Below the pieces are notes generated by a model. It was given only the letters and a program-made list of their open reading frames with translations, was not told the DNA's origin and did no database searches. Below, in pieces: positions 9,139 to 21,264 of a stretch of DNA of 64,000 nt (its first letter is position 1; each line of letters starts with the position of its first letter). A program made the position numbers and the translations under genes. This DNA is from an uncultured Gemmatimonadales bacterium (GTDB lineage Bacteria; Gemmatimonadota; Gemmatimonadetes; Gemmatimonadales; Gemmatimonadaceae): assembly GCA_963701965.1 (NCBI GenBank), contig OY969695.1, forward strand, positions 2,112,001-2,176,000, given 5' to 3'.

Positions 9139-10137
9139 TTAGCCAGGCGGCACCGGAAGCCGGCGGAGGAGCAGAAGGCTCACGCTCAGCAGCAGCGCGA
9201 GGCTGCCGCAGGCCGCCAGAATCACCGGGCCGCCGACGCGCCGCAGAATACGCACATCGACGCCGAGCCCCAGCGCGGCCATGGAGACGATCGTCAGTGT
9301 CAGCGAGATGGTCCGGGCTGCCTCGATGGCGGGAGCGGGGATGACGCCGCCGGCGCGCAGCGCCGCGAGCGCCAGAAACCCGATGATGAACCACGGCACG
9401 AGCCGCGTGACGGGGATGCGCCGTGGCGCGGAGCGCCCGGCACCGAGCGACAACACGAACACCACGGGCCCGAGCATGAGGACGCGCACCAGTTTGACCA
9501 GAGCGCCCACTTGGCCGCTCATGGCGCTGACGGGCAACGTGGCCGCGAGCACCTGCGGCACGGAGTAGACGGTGAGTCCCGCCAGCACGCCATACTGGTA
9601 CATCGAGAGCCCAAACGGGACGATCAAGAGGGGCAGGGCCAACACGACGCCGATGCCCAGCACGGCCGTATAGGCGATCGAGGATCCGATGTCGGCCGGC
9701 TCGGCGCCGATCACCGGTGCGATCGCGGCGATGGCCGAGTTGCCGCAGATCGCGTTGCCGCAGGCGACGAGGAGGGCCAGGCGGCGATGCAAGCCGAGCG
9801 CGCGGCCCACGCCGTAGCCACCGGCCAGGGCGACGCCCACGGCGACGACGACACCGGCGAGCAGCAGCGGGCCGGCCCGGAGCAACACCGGGACATCGAG
9901 CGTGAGGCCGAGCAGGACGACCGCGATCTCCAGAATCTGCTTGGCGCTCAGGTCGATGCCGGCGCGCCAACGCTCCCCCGGCGTCCATATCGCGCGTACC
10001 GCCGTTCCCACGAGAATGGCCAGGACCAGGGTCTCGATCCACGCGTGGCCGGTGAGTGCGCGCTCCGCGCGCTCACCGAGCCACGCGAGGCCCGAGATCG
10101 CGACGCATAGGAGAACACCGGGCACATAGCGCGACAT
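9139..10137 (-). CDS. YeiH / putative sulfate exporter family membrane protein
   Basis: Multiple TM segments; GNAICGNSAIAA and YSVPQV motifs; divergent from a LysR gene. Confidence 0.9.
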   Translation of the reverse strand: MSRYVPGVLLCVAISGLAWLGERAERALTGHAWIETLVLAILVGTAVRAIWTPGERWRAGIDLSAKQILEIAVVLLGLTLDVPVLLRAGPLLLAGVVVAVGVALAGGYGVGRALGLHRRLALLVACGNAICGNSAIAAIAPVIGAEPADIGSSIAYTAVLGIGVVLALPLLIVPFGLSMYQYGVLAGLTVYSVPQVLAATLPVSAMSGQVGALVKLVRVLMLGPVVFVLSLGAGRSAPRRIPVTRLVPWFIIGFLALAALRAGGVIPAPAIEAARTISLTLTIVSMAALGLGVDVRILRRVGGPVILAACGSLALLLSVSLLLLRRLPVPPG

Positions 10138-10193
10138 GCGCTATACAATGGGGCGCTGGTGCCCCGTGTCCTATGGATAGGACGGGATCGCTC

Positions 10194-10212
10194 CCATAGA
10201 TTTTCTCTATGG
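10194..10212. promoter_or_regulatory. LysR operator (ATAG-N7-CTAT)
   Basis: Inverted repeat CCATAGA-TTTTC-TCTATGG containing T-N11-A; overlaps the LysR start codon. Confidence 0.75.
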
Positions 10213-11105
10213 CTCAGGACGCGGATCTGGACGCGCTGCTGGTGTTCGCCGTCGTCGCCCGCGAGGGGTCGTTCACGCGGGCGGCCGAAATCCTCGGTCT
10301 CACCCAGCCCTCGATCTCCGATCGCATGCGTCGCCTGGAGGCGCGCTTGCCGTCGCCGGCGTTCGAGCGCCTTGGTCGCGGCGTCCGGTTGACGCCCACC
10401 GGGGAGGCATTGCGACCGGTCGCGGAGCGGGCGCTCAATGTCGCACGCGAGTCCGGCGAGATATTGGAGGGGCTGTCCGGCTTCACCTATGGACGGATCA
10501 CGACAGCGGCCAGTACGACCATCGCGGCGCACGTGCTGCCTGACGCGCTCGCGCGCTTCGCGCGCGCGCGTCCCAAGGTCGAAGTCGAAATCCGGGTGGC
10601 GAATACGGCCGACGTCGCCAATGCGGTGGAGCGGGGGGACGTATCCTGGGGGTTGGTCGAGGGACCGGTCGAAGAAGCAAGATTGGTGGCGCGCCCCTTC
10701 CGCGACAATGCGCTCATTCTGATCGTCCCCGCCGCGCACCGCTGGGCGCGCCGGCGCCGGCCGGTGGCCCCGGCCGACCTCGCGCGCGAGGCGTTCGTGG
10801 CCCGCGAGATCGGCTCGGGTACGGGCGCCGTCGTCGAGCGGGCCCTGGCCAAGGCCGGTGTGCGTCTCAGGCCGGGCCTTCGGCTCGGCGACTCGCGCGG
10901 CATCGTGGAGGCGATCGCGGCCGGTGCCGGCGTGGGCATCGTGTCGCAGCTGGTGGCGGCGTCGCTGCTCGAGGCGGGCCGGGTAGTGCGGGTGCCGCTG
11001 GCGGGCGTGTCGCTCTACCGCGCGCTCTCGCTCATTCAGCTGCCGGGGCGGAGCGTCGGCCGCCTCGACGCCGAGCTCCTCCGGCTGGTCGGCGCATTAT
11101 ATTGA
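10209..11105 (+). CDS. LysR family regulator (YeiE/CysL-like)
   Basis: SFTRAAEILGLTQPSIS HTH; REIGSGT in the substrate-binding domain. Confidence 0.93.
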   Translation: MAQDADLDALLVFAVVAREGSFTRAAEILGLTQPSISDRMRRLEARLPSPAFERLGRGVRLTPTGEALRPVAERALNVARESGEILEGLSGFTYGRITTAASTTIAAHVLPDALARFARARPKVEVEIRVANTADVANAVERGDVSWGLVEGPVEEARLVARPFRDNALILIVPAAHRWARRRRPVAPADLAREAFVAREIGSGTGAVVERALAKAGVRLRPGLRLGDSRGIVEAIAAGAGVGIVSQLVAASLLEAGRVVRVPLAGVSLYRALSLIQLPGRSVGRLDAELLRLVGALY

Positions 11106-11129
11106 CGCCAATCGGTCCTGGGAGACGTC

Positions 11130-11459
11130 GTGGTCGAGCAGCTGGTCATGCGCGTGTACGTGTGGGAGGGGGACAAGTTCGAGAGCGCGCCGCTCTATCA
11201 GGCGGTGGCCGAGATGCTGCGCCGGCACGGGGTGGCCGGCGCCACGGTCATCCGCGGCCTGATCGGGTTCGGCCCGCGCGCGGCCCACGTCCCCGCCGGC
11301 GCGGGATACCTCCTCGGCCACGTGCCCGTCGTCATCGAGTGCGTCGATGACGAAACGCGCATCCGCGGCCTGGTGCCGGAACTGCGACGCATGCTCGTGG
11401 GCGGCCTGATTACCCTGGAGCGAGTCGAAATGATCGTGCCCGGCCCCGCGAGCGCCTAA
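11130..11459 (+). CDS. DUF190 (PII-like) protein
   Basis: PLYQAV...GVAGATVIRGLIGFG and PVVIECVD. Confidence 0.85.
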   Translation: MVEQLVMRVYVWEGDKFESAPLYQAVAEMLRRHGVAGATVIRGLIGFGPRAAHVPAGAGYLLGHVPVVIECVDDETRIRGLVPELRRMLVGGLITLERVEMIVPGPASA

Positions 11460-11517
11460 TGCACGGCCGCGAACGCTTTATCGCAGCGGGCGCCCAGAGG
11501 TCCCGCGCGTCTGCCTG

Positions 11518-14038
11518 GTGTCTGTCGAACACCTCAGGACCATCACGGGTACTGGAGTGTCTCTCCTGCTGACCGGAGCCCACGCCGTGCGCCTCGTGCT
11601 TCGTGATCTCGTCCGCCGCCCGCTGTTCGCAGCCACCGTCATTGTGACCCTCGCGCTGGGGATTGGCGCGACGACAGCCGCGTTCGCGCTCATCGACGCG
11701 GTCTTTTTGACCCGCCTGCCGATCGCCGACCAAGACCGCGTCGTCGGGATGTGGGCGACCAATCCGACGTACGGCGCCCTCGACCAATGGCCCGTGCCGT
11801 GGGGCACGCACACGCGACTCGTGGAACGCCACCGGGCGTTCTCCGCCGTCGCGGCCTATCGAGCGGGTGAACCCTACGGATTCGCGGCGCGGGCCGGCGA
11901 TCGCACGGTGCATGTCGCGGTGACGGCCGTGACCGGCAACTTCTTTGAGACGCTGGGCGTCCGTGCGCAGCTCGGGCGGCTGATCCGCCCCGACGATGAT
12001 CAGCTCGGCGGACCGGCCATCGTGGTATTGAGCGATCACGTCTGGCGGAGCGACTTTGGCGCCGACCCGGCGGTCCTCGGCAAGACGCTCTTCTTCGCCG
12101 GCGGATGGCATCGGGTCATCGGTGTCGCGCCCGCCGAGTTCTCGTATCCCGTCGGCACGACGGTGTGGACGGGGGCCACGCGCGAGATCCAGCGCATGTT
12201 CGCCGGCGGCACGCCGGATAGTGTTGGTTTTCTGCTGGTCGGTCGCATGGTACCGGGCGTGACGGCACGCCAGGCCCGAGAGGAGCTGGAGGCGGTCCTC
12301 CGCACCTATCCACCGGCGAACGCGTTGTATCCGAGGGGAGGGGAGTCCATCTACGCCATGCCGACGACGGGTGTGGCCGAGCCGTATGCCGATATCGTTC
12401 TCGGCCACGACCTGCGACCGGGCGTCATCGTCCTGTTCTGCGCCGTTGCGCTGGTATTGCTCATCGCCTGCACGAATGTCGCGAGCCTCCTCATCGCCCG
12501 TGGTCTCACGCGCCAGACCGAGTTGGCCGTGCGCTCGGCGCTCGGCGCCAGCCGGACGCGCATCGCGGGCCAGCTGCTGATGGAAGCGGTCGTACTCGGC
12601 ATCGCCGGCGGCCTCCTCAGCATCGCGCTCGCTACCGCGTTCGTTCACGTCGCTGTCGCGCTGGCCCCGGCCGATCTCCCCGTCATCCGCACGGCGCACA
12701 TTGACGTCCGCGTGCTGCTCTTCGCCATCGCGATCACAGGGGCCTCCGTGCTGGCCTTCGGCCTCGCCCCGGCATTGCAGGGCGCGCGACACGACACCAG
12801 CGACGCGCTACGCGCCGGCAGCCGGAGCGTCACGCGCGGCCCAATCGCCAAGCTGGCGCGCCACGCCCTGGTGGCGGCGCAGTTGGCGTTGGGGCTCGTC
12901 ATCCTCTCCGGCGCCGGGCTCCTGGGACGCACGCTCGTCCATCTCCAGCGTATCGATCTCGGATTCGATCCGAAGCACATCCTGTTCTTTCACATCGACC
13001 TGCTCATCCCGTCGCAAGCCATCCCCGTTGAGGCGGTCCTGCAGCGATGGAATGCCGCCCGCGATCGCATCGCCGGCCGCCTGCCGGCATCCGGGATCCT
13101 CGGTCTCACGACGACCGTGGCGCCGCCGTTGGATGGCCATCTGGAGACCGTACCGATCAGCGTCGACGACCAACCGGCATCGCGCAACAGTCCCGAAGCC
13201 CACGGGGAGCTGGCGTTCGACGACTACTTCAAGGTCATGCGCATTCCCCTGATCAGCGGGCGCGCGTTTACCCATGCCGATGACAGCGGCGCCGTCCCCG
13301 TGGCGATCGTCAACGAGTCATTCGCGCGCCGGATGTGGCCCGGACAGGACGCCATCGGCCACCGGGTGCACTGGGCCGGCGACCTCCCAAAGGACCGCAC
13401 GTACATCGTGATCGGCGTGTCCAAGGACACGCGCTATCAGGAGTTGGCGGCGCTACCACAGCCCACGGTGTTCTTCAACCCGCGCCAGAATGGGCGATCA
13501 AGATTCCTGGTATGCCGTACGCACCACGGGCGATCCGGCCCGCGCGGTTGCCCCGTTGGAGCGACTCATCGAAGCCGCCGATCCCGACATGGGGATCGCG
13601 CGCTTCGCGAGCGGCCAAGCGCTCCTCGATGCCCGCCTGGCCCGCCCGCGCGCTTTGGCGACGCTGCTGGCGGCCCTCTCCCTGGCCGCACTGCTCCTGG
13701 CCGCGATTGGCCTCTTCGGCGTGCTCTCGGCCTATCTCCGGGAACGCCGGCGGGAGATCGCCATCCGCTCCGCGCTGGGCGCGACGCCCGCCCAACTCCG
13801 GTCCCTGGTGCTGACGCAAACGCTCGCCGTTGGCGTCGCGGGGCTCGTCGCCGGCGCTCCGTTGGCGCTCGCCGGGGCCCACCTGTTGCACCTGAGCGTC
13901 CGCGACGTCGTCCCGGTCGATGGGTTCACCCTCGGGGCCGTCGGGGCGGTCCTTCTCGCCGTTGTCGCGGCCGCCGCCTACGCGCCTGTGGCCCGCGCGG
14001 CGCGGGTCGATCCCCGGACGGCACTCGCTGCCGACTAG
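11518..14038 (+). CDS. ADOP-type duplicated ABC/MacB permease (+1 frameshift near 13492)
   Basis: TLALGIGATTA, LLIACTNVASLL, ELAVRSALGA and a second EIAIRSALGA in the next frame; ends RVDPRTALAAD. Start may be GTG 11557. Confidence 0.88.
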
Positions 14039-14075
14039 CCGGCCGCCGCGCCTGAACCTTGCAGTAGACCACGGT

Positions 14076-15686
14076 ATGATGGATCGCGAAGAGATACCGA
14101 CAGGGCCCCTGACTGCCGGTACGCACGACACGAGCGACATCTATCGCCTGCTCGTCGATCGGGTATTGGACTACGCGATCTTCGTGCTGGACCCCCGGGG
14201 CTACATCCAGAGCTGGAACGGCGGGGCCCAGCGTCTCAAGGGTTACCGGGCCGACGAGATCATCGGACGGCACTTCTCGATTTTCTACCCGGAAGTCGAC
14301 CTCGACGCAGGGAAGCCGGAATACGAGCTCGAAGTCGCGGCGGCAACGGGGCGATACGAGGATTTGGGGTGGCGCGTCCGCAAGGACGGGTCCTACTTCT
14401 GGGCGAACGTGCTCATCACGGCCTTGCGGGACGAGGACGGGGTGCTGGTGGGATTTGCGAAGATCACCCGCGATCTCACCGAGCGGCGGTTGACCGAGGA
14501 AGCCCTGCGGGAGAGCGAGACGAAGTTCCGGCTCCTCGTCGAGAGCGTGAAGGATCACGCCATCTTCATGCTCGACCCCACCGGGCACATCACGACGTGG
14601 AACGAAGGCGCCCGTCGCATCACCGGTTATACCGCCGCGGAAGCTACGGGCCAGCACTTCTCGATCTCTTACCCCACGGAGGACGTGGCCGACGGGAAGC
14701 CCGCGCGGCACCTGGCTGTCGCCCTGCGCGAGGGGGAGTTCGAGGAGGAAGGCTGGCGCGTCCGGAAAAATGGCGCGCGCTTCTGGGCCAGTGTCGTCCT
14801 CACGCCTGTCTACAACGCGGACGGCACGCTGGCCGGATTCGCCAAAGTCACCCGCGAGCTGACCGAGCGCCGCGCCTCACAGGAGCGCGCGCTGGAGGAC
14901 GCCAGTCGTCTGTCGGAGCTCAAGGCCCTGGCCGACCAGCTGCGGGCCCAAGCCGTCGAACTGGAGCGGAGGAGCGCGGAAGCCGAGACCGCGAACCGCG
15001 TCAAAGGCGAGTTTCTGGCGGCGATGTCGCACGAGCTCCGGACGCCGCTCAACGCCATCGGCGGCTACGCCCAACTAATGCAGCTCGGCGTCAGCGGGCC
15101 CGTGACCGATGAGCAGCGCGCGCATCTGGAGCGCATCGAACACAGCCAGCAGCACCTGCTGAGCATCATCAACGACATCCTGAATTTCACGCGCATCGAA
15201 GCCGGATACGTCGACTTCCTCATCGGCCCCGTCCGCATCTCGGAAGTCATCGAGGGCGTCGTCGCCATGATCGCGCCCCAAGCCCGGGCCCAACGCATCC
15301 ATTTGCACGCGGGCCCTTGTCCCGCCCTCATCGCCACGGCGGACCGGGCCAAGGTCGAGCAGATCATGCTCAATCTCCTGTCCAACGCCGTCAAGTTCAC
15401 ACTCGAGGGAGGCGAGATCGAGCTGACCTGCGCCACACGCGACGCCCAGATCGCGCTCAGCGTACGCGACACGGGCATCGGGATCCCGGCGGTGGTCCTC
15501 GACACGATCTTCGCGCCGTTCGTGCAAGTGGGACGGACGCTGAGCAGCCCAAAGGAAGGCGCGGGCCTGGGGCTCTCCATCAGCCGCGAGCTGGCCCGTG
15601 CGATGCACGGCGATCTCACCGTGCGGAGCCTGGAAGGCGTGGGCTCCTGTTTCACCCTGACGCTTCCCGCCTTCTCCGCCTCTTGA
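14076..15686 (+). CDS. PAS-PAS sensor histidine kinase
   Basis: Two PAS/PAC repeats (WRVRKDG); H-box MSHELRTPL, N-box NAVKFT, G boxes DTGIG and GAGLGL. Confidence 0.93.
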   Translation: MMDREEIPTGPLTAGTHDTSDIYRLLVDRVLDYAIFVLDPRGYIQSWNGGAQRLKGYRADEIIGRHFSIFYPEVDLDAGKPEYELEVAAATGRYEDLGWRVRKDGSYFWANVLITALRDEDGVLVGFAKITRDLTERRLTEEALRESETKFRLLVESVKDHAIFMLDPTGHITTWNEGARRITGYTAAEATGQHFSISYPTEDVADGKPARHLAVALREGEFEEEGWRVRKNGARFWASVVLTPVYNADGTLAGFAKVTRELTERRASQERALEDASRLSELKALADQLRAQAVELERRSAEAETANRVKGEFLAAMSHELRTPLNAIGGYAQLMQLGVSGPVTDEQRAHLERIEHSQQHLLSIINDILNFTRIEAGYVDFLIGPVRISEVIEGVVAMIAPQARAQRIHLHAGPCPALIATADRAKVEQIMLNLLSNAVKFTLEGGEIELTCATRDAQIALSVRDTGIGIPAVVLDTIFAPFVQVGRTLSSPKEGAGLGLSISRELARAMHGDLTVRSLEGVGSCFTLTLPAFSAS

Positions 15687-15701
15687 CTGTCGCGGCGGTC
15701 T

Positions 15702-15720
15702 CCACTAACTCAGTTAGTGG
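15702..15720. promoter_or_regulatory. Palindromic operator upstream of padR
   Basis: Perfect 9-bp inverted repeat CCACTAACT-C-AGTTAGTGG ending 5 nt before the ATG. Confidence 0.75.
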
Positions 15721-15725
15721 GAAAT

Positions 15726-16058
15726 ATGCCTCCGACCGCGAACGACCTGCTCCACGGGACCCTCGACGTGCTCGTGCTCAAGGCCCTGTCCTGGGAGCCG
15801 ATGCACGGTTACGCCATCGTGCGGTGGATCGAAGAGCGCACCGGGGGCGAGCTGGAGATCGTCGATGCCGCCCTCTATAAATCGCTGCACCGCCTGGAGA
15901 GCGCCGGCGCCATCGCCGCCGACTGGGGTCTCTCCGAGAACAACCGGCGTGCCAAGTACTACTCCCTGGCCGGGCGCGGCCGGGAGATGCTGAGAGCCAA
16001 AGTCGCGACCTGGCACCGCTACGCCGCGGCCGTCGCCAATGTGCTCGGGCCAGCCTGA
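15726..16058 (+). CDS. PadR family regulator (acidobacterial type)
   Basis: LLHGTLDVLVLKAL, MHGYAI and SENNRRAKYY. Confidence 0.93.
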   Translation: MPPTANDLLHGTLDVLVLKALSWEPMHGYAIVRWIEERTGGELEIVDAALYKSLHRLESAGAIAADWGLSENNRRAKYYSLAGRGREMLRAKVATWHRYAAAVANVLGPA

Positions 16059-16063
16059 CTCCC

Positions 16064-18752
16064 GTGGTGTTTCGCGCGTTTCGCCTGCCGTGGAGCCGAC
16101 GGCGCGGGGCGCGCGCGCTCGACGCCGAGATCCAATTTCATCTGGAGATGCGCACGGCGGAGTTGGTGCGCCGGGGCCTGCCGCCGGATGACGCCGAGAG
16201 CGAAGCGCTGCGCCGTTTCGGCGATCGCGACGGTCTGCGGGATTACTGCCAAACCCTCGAGGTAGCGCACATGCGTCGCATCAACGTCCGGGAGTGGCTG
16301 GCGTCCGTGGGACAGGACGCGCGCTTCGCCTCTCGCCAGTTCCGCCGCTCGCCCGGATTCGTCGCCACCACGGTCGTGACCTTGACGCTGGGCATCGGGG
16401 CCACGACCGCGATCTTCAGCGTCGTGAACGGCGTCCTCCTCCGGCCGCTTCCCTATCCGGCAGCCGACCGGATCGTGCAGGTCTGGCAACTGGACCACGC
16501 GCACAACCGCATGCAGTTCTCGGATCCGAACTTCGACGACGTGCGCGCCGGCACGCAGAGTTTTTCGGGGTTGGCCGAGCTGACGGATGGTGGGCCGGTG
16601 TCGGTGTCCGGGGACGTCGCGCCGGCCCGCGGCTCGATGGCCCTCGTCTCGCACGACTTCTTCGACGTCCTCGGCGTGACGCCTGCGTTCGGCCGCACTT
16701 TGGCACCCGATGAAGAGCGCGTCGGGGGTGCGCCGGCCGCGGTCGTGAGCTGGGGCTTTTCTCAGCGTGTATTCGCCGGCAGCACGGACGTGCTCGGGAA
16801 GCGACTGACGGTCGGCGACCGGACGTACACCATCGTGGGCGTCATGCGGCCCACGCTCGATTTCCCTGCTGGCACCGACATTCTGGATCTCGCGGGAACT
16901 GTTTGGGCGCCTGCCGAGCCGCACCGGGCACAACTGGGAAGTCGTCGGGCGCCTGAGCCCGAACGTGACGCTCAATGCCGCCCGACGCGATGCGACCGCG
17001 CTGGCGCATGCGCTGGCGGCGCGCTACGGAACCCAGACCATGATGGCCGACGCCGAGCTCGTGCCGCTCCGCGAGCAGCTCGTCGGCTCCACGCGCCCGA
17101 CGCTCCTGACCCTCCTTGCCGCGTCGGTCGTCCTCTTGCTCATCGCGTGCGCGAATGTCGCGAACCTGCTCGTGGCCCGCCTCACGAGTCGGCGCGGCGA
17201 GCTCGCGGTACGCTTGGCGCTCGGAGCCGCGCGCTCGCGCCTCGTGCAACAGTGCCTCGTCGAGTCGGCTGCGCTCGCGTTGGCCGGTGGCGCCCTCGGC
17301 GTGCTGCTCGCCGGCGCCGGCACCAAAGCGTTGTTGGCCCTGGATCCGGGCCGCCTGCCGCGCGCCGGCGCCGTGCACCTCGATGCCGGGGTGCTGCTCT
17401 TCGCGCTCGGACTCTCGCTGGCGACGGCGGTCGGCCTGGCCCTGGTATCGGCGTGGCGCGCGACAAGAGGTGACCTGCGCGAGTCGCTCTCGGCGTCGGA
17501 CCGCACCATGTCGGGCGCCGCGTCCTCGACGCGCACGCGGCGCACGCTGGTGATTGCGCAAGTCGCCATGACCCTCGTGCTGCTCATCGCGGCGGGCCTG
17601 CTCGGTAGGAGCTTTGCGCGGCTCATGGCGGTCGATCCGGGCTTTCGCACCGCGAAGAACGTCGTGCTCGATCTGTCGATCGAGGCGAACGACTCTGTCG
17701 CCATCCAGCTGCGGGCCGCGTTCTATCACGAGTTACTGGCGCGGCTCCACGGCATCCCGGGTGTGACTACGGTCGGCGCGATCAACGTGATCCCGCTCGA
17801 CCCCTTCGGCGCATCCAGTGGCACATTTCTCGAGTTGTCGGGACCGGACGAGCGCATCACGTTCGAAAACATGGAGCGCCTCTTCCAGGACCACAGCCGG
17901 ACGGGCAACGCGGAGTTCCGCATCGCTAGCGAGGGGTATTTCTCGGCGATGCACATCCCGTTGCTCGACGGTCGCACGTTCGACGCGCGCGATGTGCCCG
18001 ACTCCCCCCACTCCGCCGTGGTCAGTGTCTCCTTGGCCCATGCCAAATGGCCCGGCCAGAGTCCAATCGGGAAATGGATCGAGTTCGGCAACATGGACGG
18101 CGACCTCCGGCCCTTCATGATCGTCGGAGTCGTCGGCGACGTCCGCGAGCGGGGATTGAACGCGCCGCCCAGACCAATGTTCTACGCCGACTACTATCAG
18201 CGCCCGGTCTCGACGACGCGCATGAACGTGGTGCTGACGGGCCCCGCGGACCCCGCCGCCATCGCGTCCAGCGCCCGCGCGATCGTGCGCGCGCTGCATC
18301 CGGATGTGCCGCCGCGCTTTCGTACGGTGGAGTCGATCGTGGCCGAATCGGTGGCCGGACCCCGGTTCGTCCTCTTGCTGGTCGGCGTGTTCGGCGGCGG
18401 CGCCCTCCTCCTCGCCGGCCTCGGCGTCTACAGCGTGATCTCGTACGTCGTGGCCCAGCGCGCCCGCGAACTCTCCATCCGCGTCGCGCTCGGGGCGGCG
18501 GCGCCCGACATCGTGCGTCTGGTCCTGCGACAGGGGCTGAGCCTGGCCCTGGCCGGTATCGCCGTCGGCGCGGTCGCGGCCCTGTTCGCGACCCGTCTCC
18601 TGGCCGGGCTCCTCTACGGCATCAGCGTCCGGGACCCGGTGGCGTTTGGCGGGGTGGTCCTCGTCGTCGCCGCCGTGGCCCTCGCCGCGTGCTGGGTGCC
18701 GGCGCGCCGCGCGGCGCGCCTCGAGGCCATGGCGATCCTCCGCGGGGGCTAG
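16064..18752 (+). CDS. ADOP-type permease with N-terminal prefix domain (+1 frameshift near 16881)
   Basis: EIQFHLEMR...ALRRFGD prefix. Deleting one T at 16881-16882 joins the 16064 and 16965 ORFs (DIWISRE...HNWEVVGRL). Confidence 0.88.
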
Positions 18753-18813
18753 CGAAACTCCCGACCCGGATTCCCCGTTACTTTCGGGGTCGACCAACGG
18801 GAGCGAAGGCCCA

Positions 18814-21264
18814 GTGCGCGATCGGCTTGCCGCCGCATGGCATGACCTGCGGTACGTGACACGAAACCTGCTCCGGGAACGCCACTTCACGGCACTCGCG
18901 ATCCTGACGCTGGCCCTCGGGATCGGCGCCACGACCGCGATCTTCACGGTGATCAATCGCGTCGTCCTCCGGCCCCTGCCGTATCCCGAGCCCGACCGCA
19001 TTGTATACCTGGGTTGGCACTGGTCGAGCGGTGCCCGCGCCGACTTTCTCTCGGCCCGCACGTTCACGTTCTGGCACGACCAGAGTCGCGATTTCGATGC
19101 CCTGGCCGCCTACCAGACATTCACGCGCGGCCTTGGCGCCGACGGAGTGGACGCCGACGTCCACGGGCTCGCCGTCACCGAAGACTTCTTCCGCGTCCTG
19201 CGTACGCGCCCGAGTGTCGGTCGGCCATTCTCGCCCGAGGAGTTCGCGCCCGGCGCAACCCGCGTCGCGATGCTGAGCAACGGGCTCTGGCAACGCCGGT
19301 TCGGCGAAGACCGCCAGGTGCTCAATCACGATATTCAGATCAACGGCCAGTCTTACACGGTCATCGGCGTCCTGTCGCCGCAGTTCACGATCGCGGGCGC
19401 CCGCCAGCAACCCGACGTCGTCCTGCCGCTCGCCATCACGACGGCGGACCTCGCCAACAATAGCTTCGAGTACTGGGTCATCGGGCGCCTGCGCCCGGGC
19501 TTGAGCCTCGCCCAGGCGAACGCCAATGGGCAAGCGACCTTCGCGCAGTATCGGACCGCCTACCCGCAATTCGTGCAACCGGAGGACCGGGGCGTCCAGT
19601 TCGAGGACTTTGGGCAGCTCTTCGTCGGCGACCTGCGGAAACCGCTCTGGATCCTGCTGGGCGCCACGGGATTCGTGTTGCTGCTGACCTGCGCGAACGT
19701 AGCGAATTTGCTCTTGGCGCGCGCCATCGGCCGCCAGCGCGAGATCGCGGTGCGCACCGCGCTCGGCGCGACGCGGAGCCGCATCGTGAGCCTCCAGATC
19801 ACCGAGGGCGTGGTCATCGGCGCTTTGGCCGCGGTGCTCGGCATTCTGATCAGCGTCGGGGTGCTGCGCGCGCTGCTGGGCCTCGCGCCGCGGCTCCTAC
19901 CCGTCAGCGAGACGCCATCGCCCGATGGGGTGGTGCTGGCCTTCGGCTGCCTCCTGGCGATCGCCAGCGGCGTCGCGCTGGGTCTCATCGACGCGCTGCC
20001 CGCGTTCCGTCTCGACGTGGCCCGGTTGCTCACCGAGGGAGGCCGCACCGGCACCCGCGGCAAGCGCCACGGCCAACTGCGGAACGCGCTCATCGCGATC
20101 GAGTCGAGCCTGGCAATTCCGCTGCTCGCCGGCGCCGCACTGCTCATCACGACGTTCGTCCGTCTCCTGACGGTCGACCCGGGATACCTGCGCGAAGGGC
20201 TCGTGACCGCCACCATGCCCCGCACGCCAGCGGGTTACGACTCGGTGGCCAAGGTCTCACAATTCGAGCAACGGGTGCTGGCCAGCGTCCGCGCCGCGCC
20301 GAACGTGATCGCGGCAGCGGGTGCCTCGGCGCTCCCGCTCCAAGGCGGCGTGAACATGCCAATGACGGTCGACGGTCAGCCGGACGCGACGGAAGGCGCC
20401 ATCCAGTGGCGCGCGATCAGCCCGGATTACTTCCGCACGCTCGGCATCACGCTGATGCGCGGCCGGGACTTCAACGAGGGAGATGCCGGCGGCGCGCCCG
20501 GTGTCGTCATCATCAGCCAGTCGACGGCCGAGCATTACTGGCCCCACCAGGATCCCATAGGGGAGCGCATCACCATCGGTCAGCTCCGGGGACGCAGCAT
20601 CGCTCCGGCCTTCGATGAGCCACCGCGCGTGATCGTGGGAGTCGCGGCCGACACGCGGCAGCTGGGCATGGCGTACGACGCGCCCCGATTCGTGTTCGTC
20701 CCTCAGGGACAGGTTCCGCCCGGTCTGGTCTTCCTGCCGTCCTTCGTCGTCCGCTCCGCGGGCGCGGTCAATGTGGCACCGCTCCGCCGGGCGATCGCTG
20801 ACGCCGATCCGCGGATGCCGCTCCCGCAAGTGGCGACGATGCGGGAACTGGTCGCGGCGTCACTCGGCGAACAACGGTTCAATGCGGTGCTCATGGGACT
20901 GTTCGCGGCGCTGGCGCTCGCGGTGACGAGCATTGGCATCTACGGCGTGGTGTCCTACTCCGTCACCAACCGCGCCCGCGAAATCGGCCTCCGCATGGCG
21001 CTCGGCGCCTCGGCGGCCGCGGTCGTCCGTCTCGTCGTCCGCCAGGGCATGCTCCCGGTAGTCATCGGACTCGGGGCCGGACTCGCGGCGTCGCTCGCGT
21101 TGACCCGCCTCCTGTCCGGGATGATCTACGGCGTTGCGCCGCGCGACCCGGCCATGTTGGCGATCGTCACCGCGGTACTTATCACGGTGGCGCTGATCGG
21201 GACCTGGCTCCCGGCCTGGCGCGCGACGCGCATCGATCCCCTTCTCGCCCTTCGGGCGGATTGA
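18814..21264 (+). CDS. ADOP-type duplicated ABC permease
   Basis: WHDLRY start, two FtsX-like halves, ends RIDPLLALRAD. GTG start after GGGAG. Confidence 0.92.
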   Translation: MRDRLAAAWHDLRYVTRNLLRERHFTALAILTLALGIGATTAIFTVINRVVLRPLPYPEPDRIVYLGWHWSSGARADFLSARTFTFWHDQSRDFDALAAYQTFTRGLGADGVDADVHGLAVTEDFFRVLRTRPSVGRPFSPEEFAPGATRVAMLSNGLWQRRFGEDRQVLNHDIQINGQSYTVIGVLSPQFTIAGARQQPDVVLPLAITTADLANNSFEYWVIGRLRPGLSLAQANANGQATFAQYRTAYPQFVQPEDRGVQFEDFGQLFVGDLRKPLWILLGATGFVLLLTCANVANLLLARAIGRQREIAVRTALGATRSRIVSLQITEGVVIGALAAVLGILISVGVLRALLGLAPRLLPVSETPSPDGVVLAFGCLLAIASGVALGLIDALPAFRLDVARLLTEGGRTGTRGKRHGQLRNALIAIESSLAIPLLAGAALLITTFVRLLTVDPGYLREGLVTATMPRTPAGYDSVAKVSQFEQRVLASVRAAPNVIAAAGASALPLQGGVNMPMTVDGQPDATEGAIQWRAISPDYFRTLGITLMRGRDFNEGDAGGAPGVVIISQSTAEHYWPHQDPIGERITIGQLRGRSIAPAFDEPPRVIVGVAADTRQLGMAYDAPRFVFVPQGQVPPGLVFLPSFVVRSAGAVNVAPLRRAIADADPRMPLPQVATMRELVAASLGEQRFNAVLMGLFAALALAVTSIGIYGVVSYSVTNRAREIGLRMALGASAAAVVRLVVRQGMLPVVIGLGAGLAASLALTRLLSGMIYGVAPRDPAMLAIVTAVLITVALIGTWLPAWRATRIDPLLALRAD

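Noticed and set aside
13480..16890. Programmed frameshifting in ADOP permeases
   Set aside because: There are no slippery heptamers, the breaks are at non-equivalent positions, and the same +1 pattern occurs in unrelated genes, so sequencing error is more likely.
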